Shown piece after piece: positions 63,307 through 64,000 of a DNA stretch of 64,000 bases. Position 1 is the first letter of the stretch; every line of letters starts with the position of its first letter. The position numbers and the translations under genes were made by a program. The stretch spans positions 8,618,001 through 8,682,000 of the forward strand of contig CM120647.1 of assembly GCA_051362555.1 (NCBI GenBank), read 5' to 3'. The DNA comes from Lingula anatina (lineage: Eukaryota > Animalia > Brachiopoda). The notes under the pieces are model-generated. The model saw nothing but the letters and a program-made list of their open reading frames with translations. It did no database searches and was not told the DNA's origin.

Positions 63307-64000
63307 TGTATAAAAATGACCTCTTGGATATATTGTCTCACATTTACTGCTGCCCTCTTTTGGTGCACAGTTTGGTGCTATTAGTTTTATGAAAAAACTT
63401 CACATGAAATGCATATATTAACCGTATTAAATGCATAAGGAAGACTAGTCAAACCCATTACTGTGATAGTAATATTTTAAGTATAATTTTAATTCAACAG
63501 TTGAGGGGTGTGGATTTTTCTCCAGTTTGCAGGCACTGGCAGGTAAAGATAGTATTTTAAAAAGAAAATTTGAAACCCAAAATTGGCATCAAAAAGATTG
63601 AACATGTTTTTCAATGTGTTAAAAAATTAATTTGAAAAAAATTTGGTTTCAGAACTCATAAAAACAAATTTATTCTGGCTTCTCCAAAATGTCAGTTTTA
63701 TTTTTAGTTTATACTTTTGTAAAAAAAAATCTCCTTTTTTTGCGACCGAGATGAATAGACGAAAAAGTGACAACTACCAAAGGAAAAATGACAATAGCTA
63801 TGCTACGAAACACCATGTCAGCGCTCACAGAAATCCTCATGTAACCATTGTAAATTAAAGTATTGGTGATAACTCATATAAACTATTATCATAATTATAT
63901 TGAATTTTTGTAACCAGTTGAACGTTGTGTTGCTAGGAGACATGTATTAACAAACCAAGGGACACATTGCAATACGAGACGAGAGGAAACTTAAGAGGAG

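Overview
AT-rich, intron-containing animal genomic DNA. The repeat content and gene set suggest an invertebrate, possibly a deuterostome such as an echinoderm, but the species cannot be fixed from sequence alone. Three spliced genes were reconstructed by hand. (1) A minus-strand 8-exon gene (2741-7039, with a duplicated alternative first exon at 10163-10453) encodes a ~513-aa leaderless protein. It has an N-terminal PDZ domain, an IL-1-type beta-trefoil (WLF...TFESLKYPGRYVAC...NIEF), a Ser-rich tail and a C-terminal class I PDZ-binding motif (ETSL), and NF-kB sites cluster upstream: a candidate invertebrate IL-1-family cytokine. (2) MRPL53 (minus, 16789-17974) lies head-to-head with (3) a ~45-kb CLK/Doa LAMMER kinase gene (plus, CDS 19915-62896). 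The kinase gene has a frame-shifting exon 4 with weak splice sites, an alternative internal first exon (34780-35223) and a pair of duplicated, apparently mutually exclusive kinase-insert exons (59594-59681 and 60318-60408) flanked by Rbfox motifs. The rest is MITEs (Harbinger-, Kolobok- and Tc1/mariner-like), two Helentron-type non-autonomous elements with internal tandem arrays, and mini/microsatellites. All gene models come from manual splice-site and phase reading and have not been checked against transcripts.
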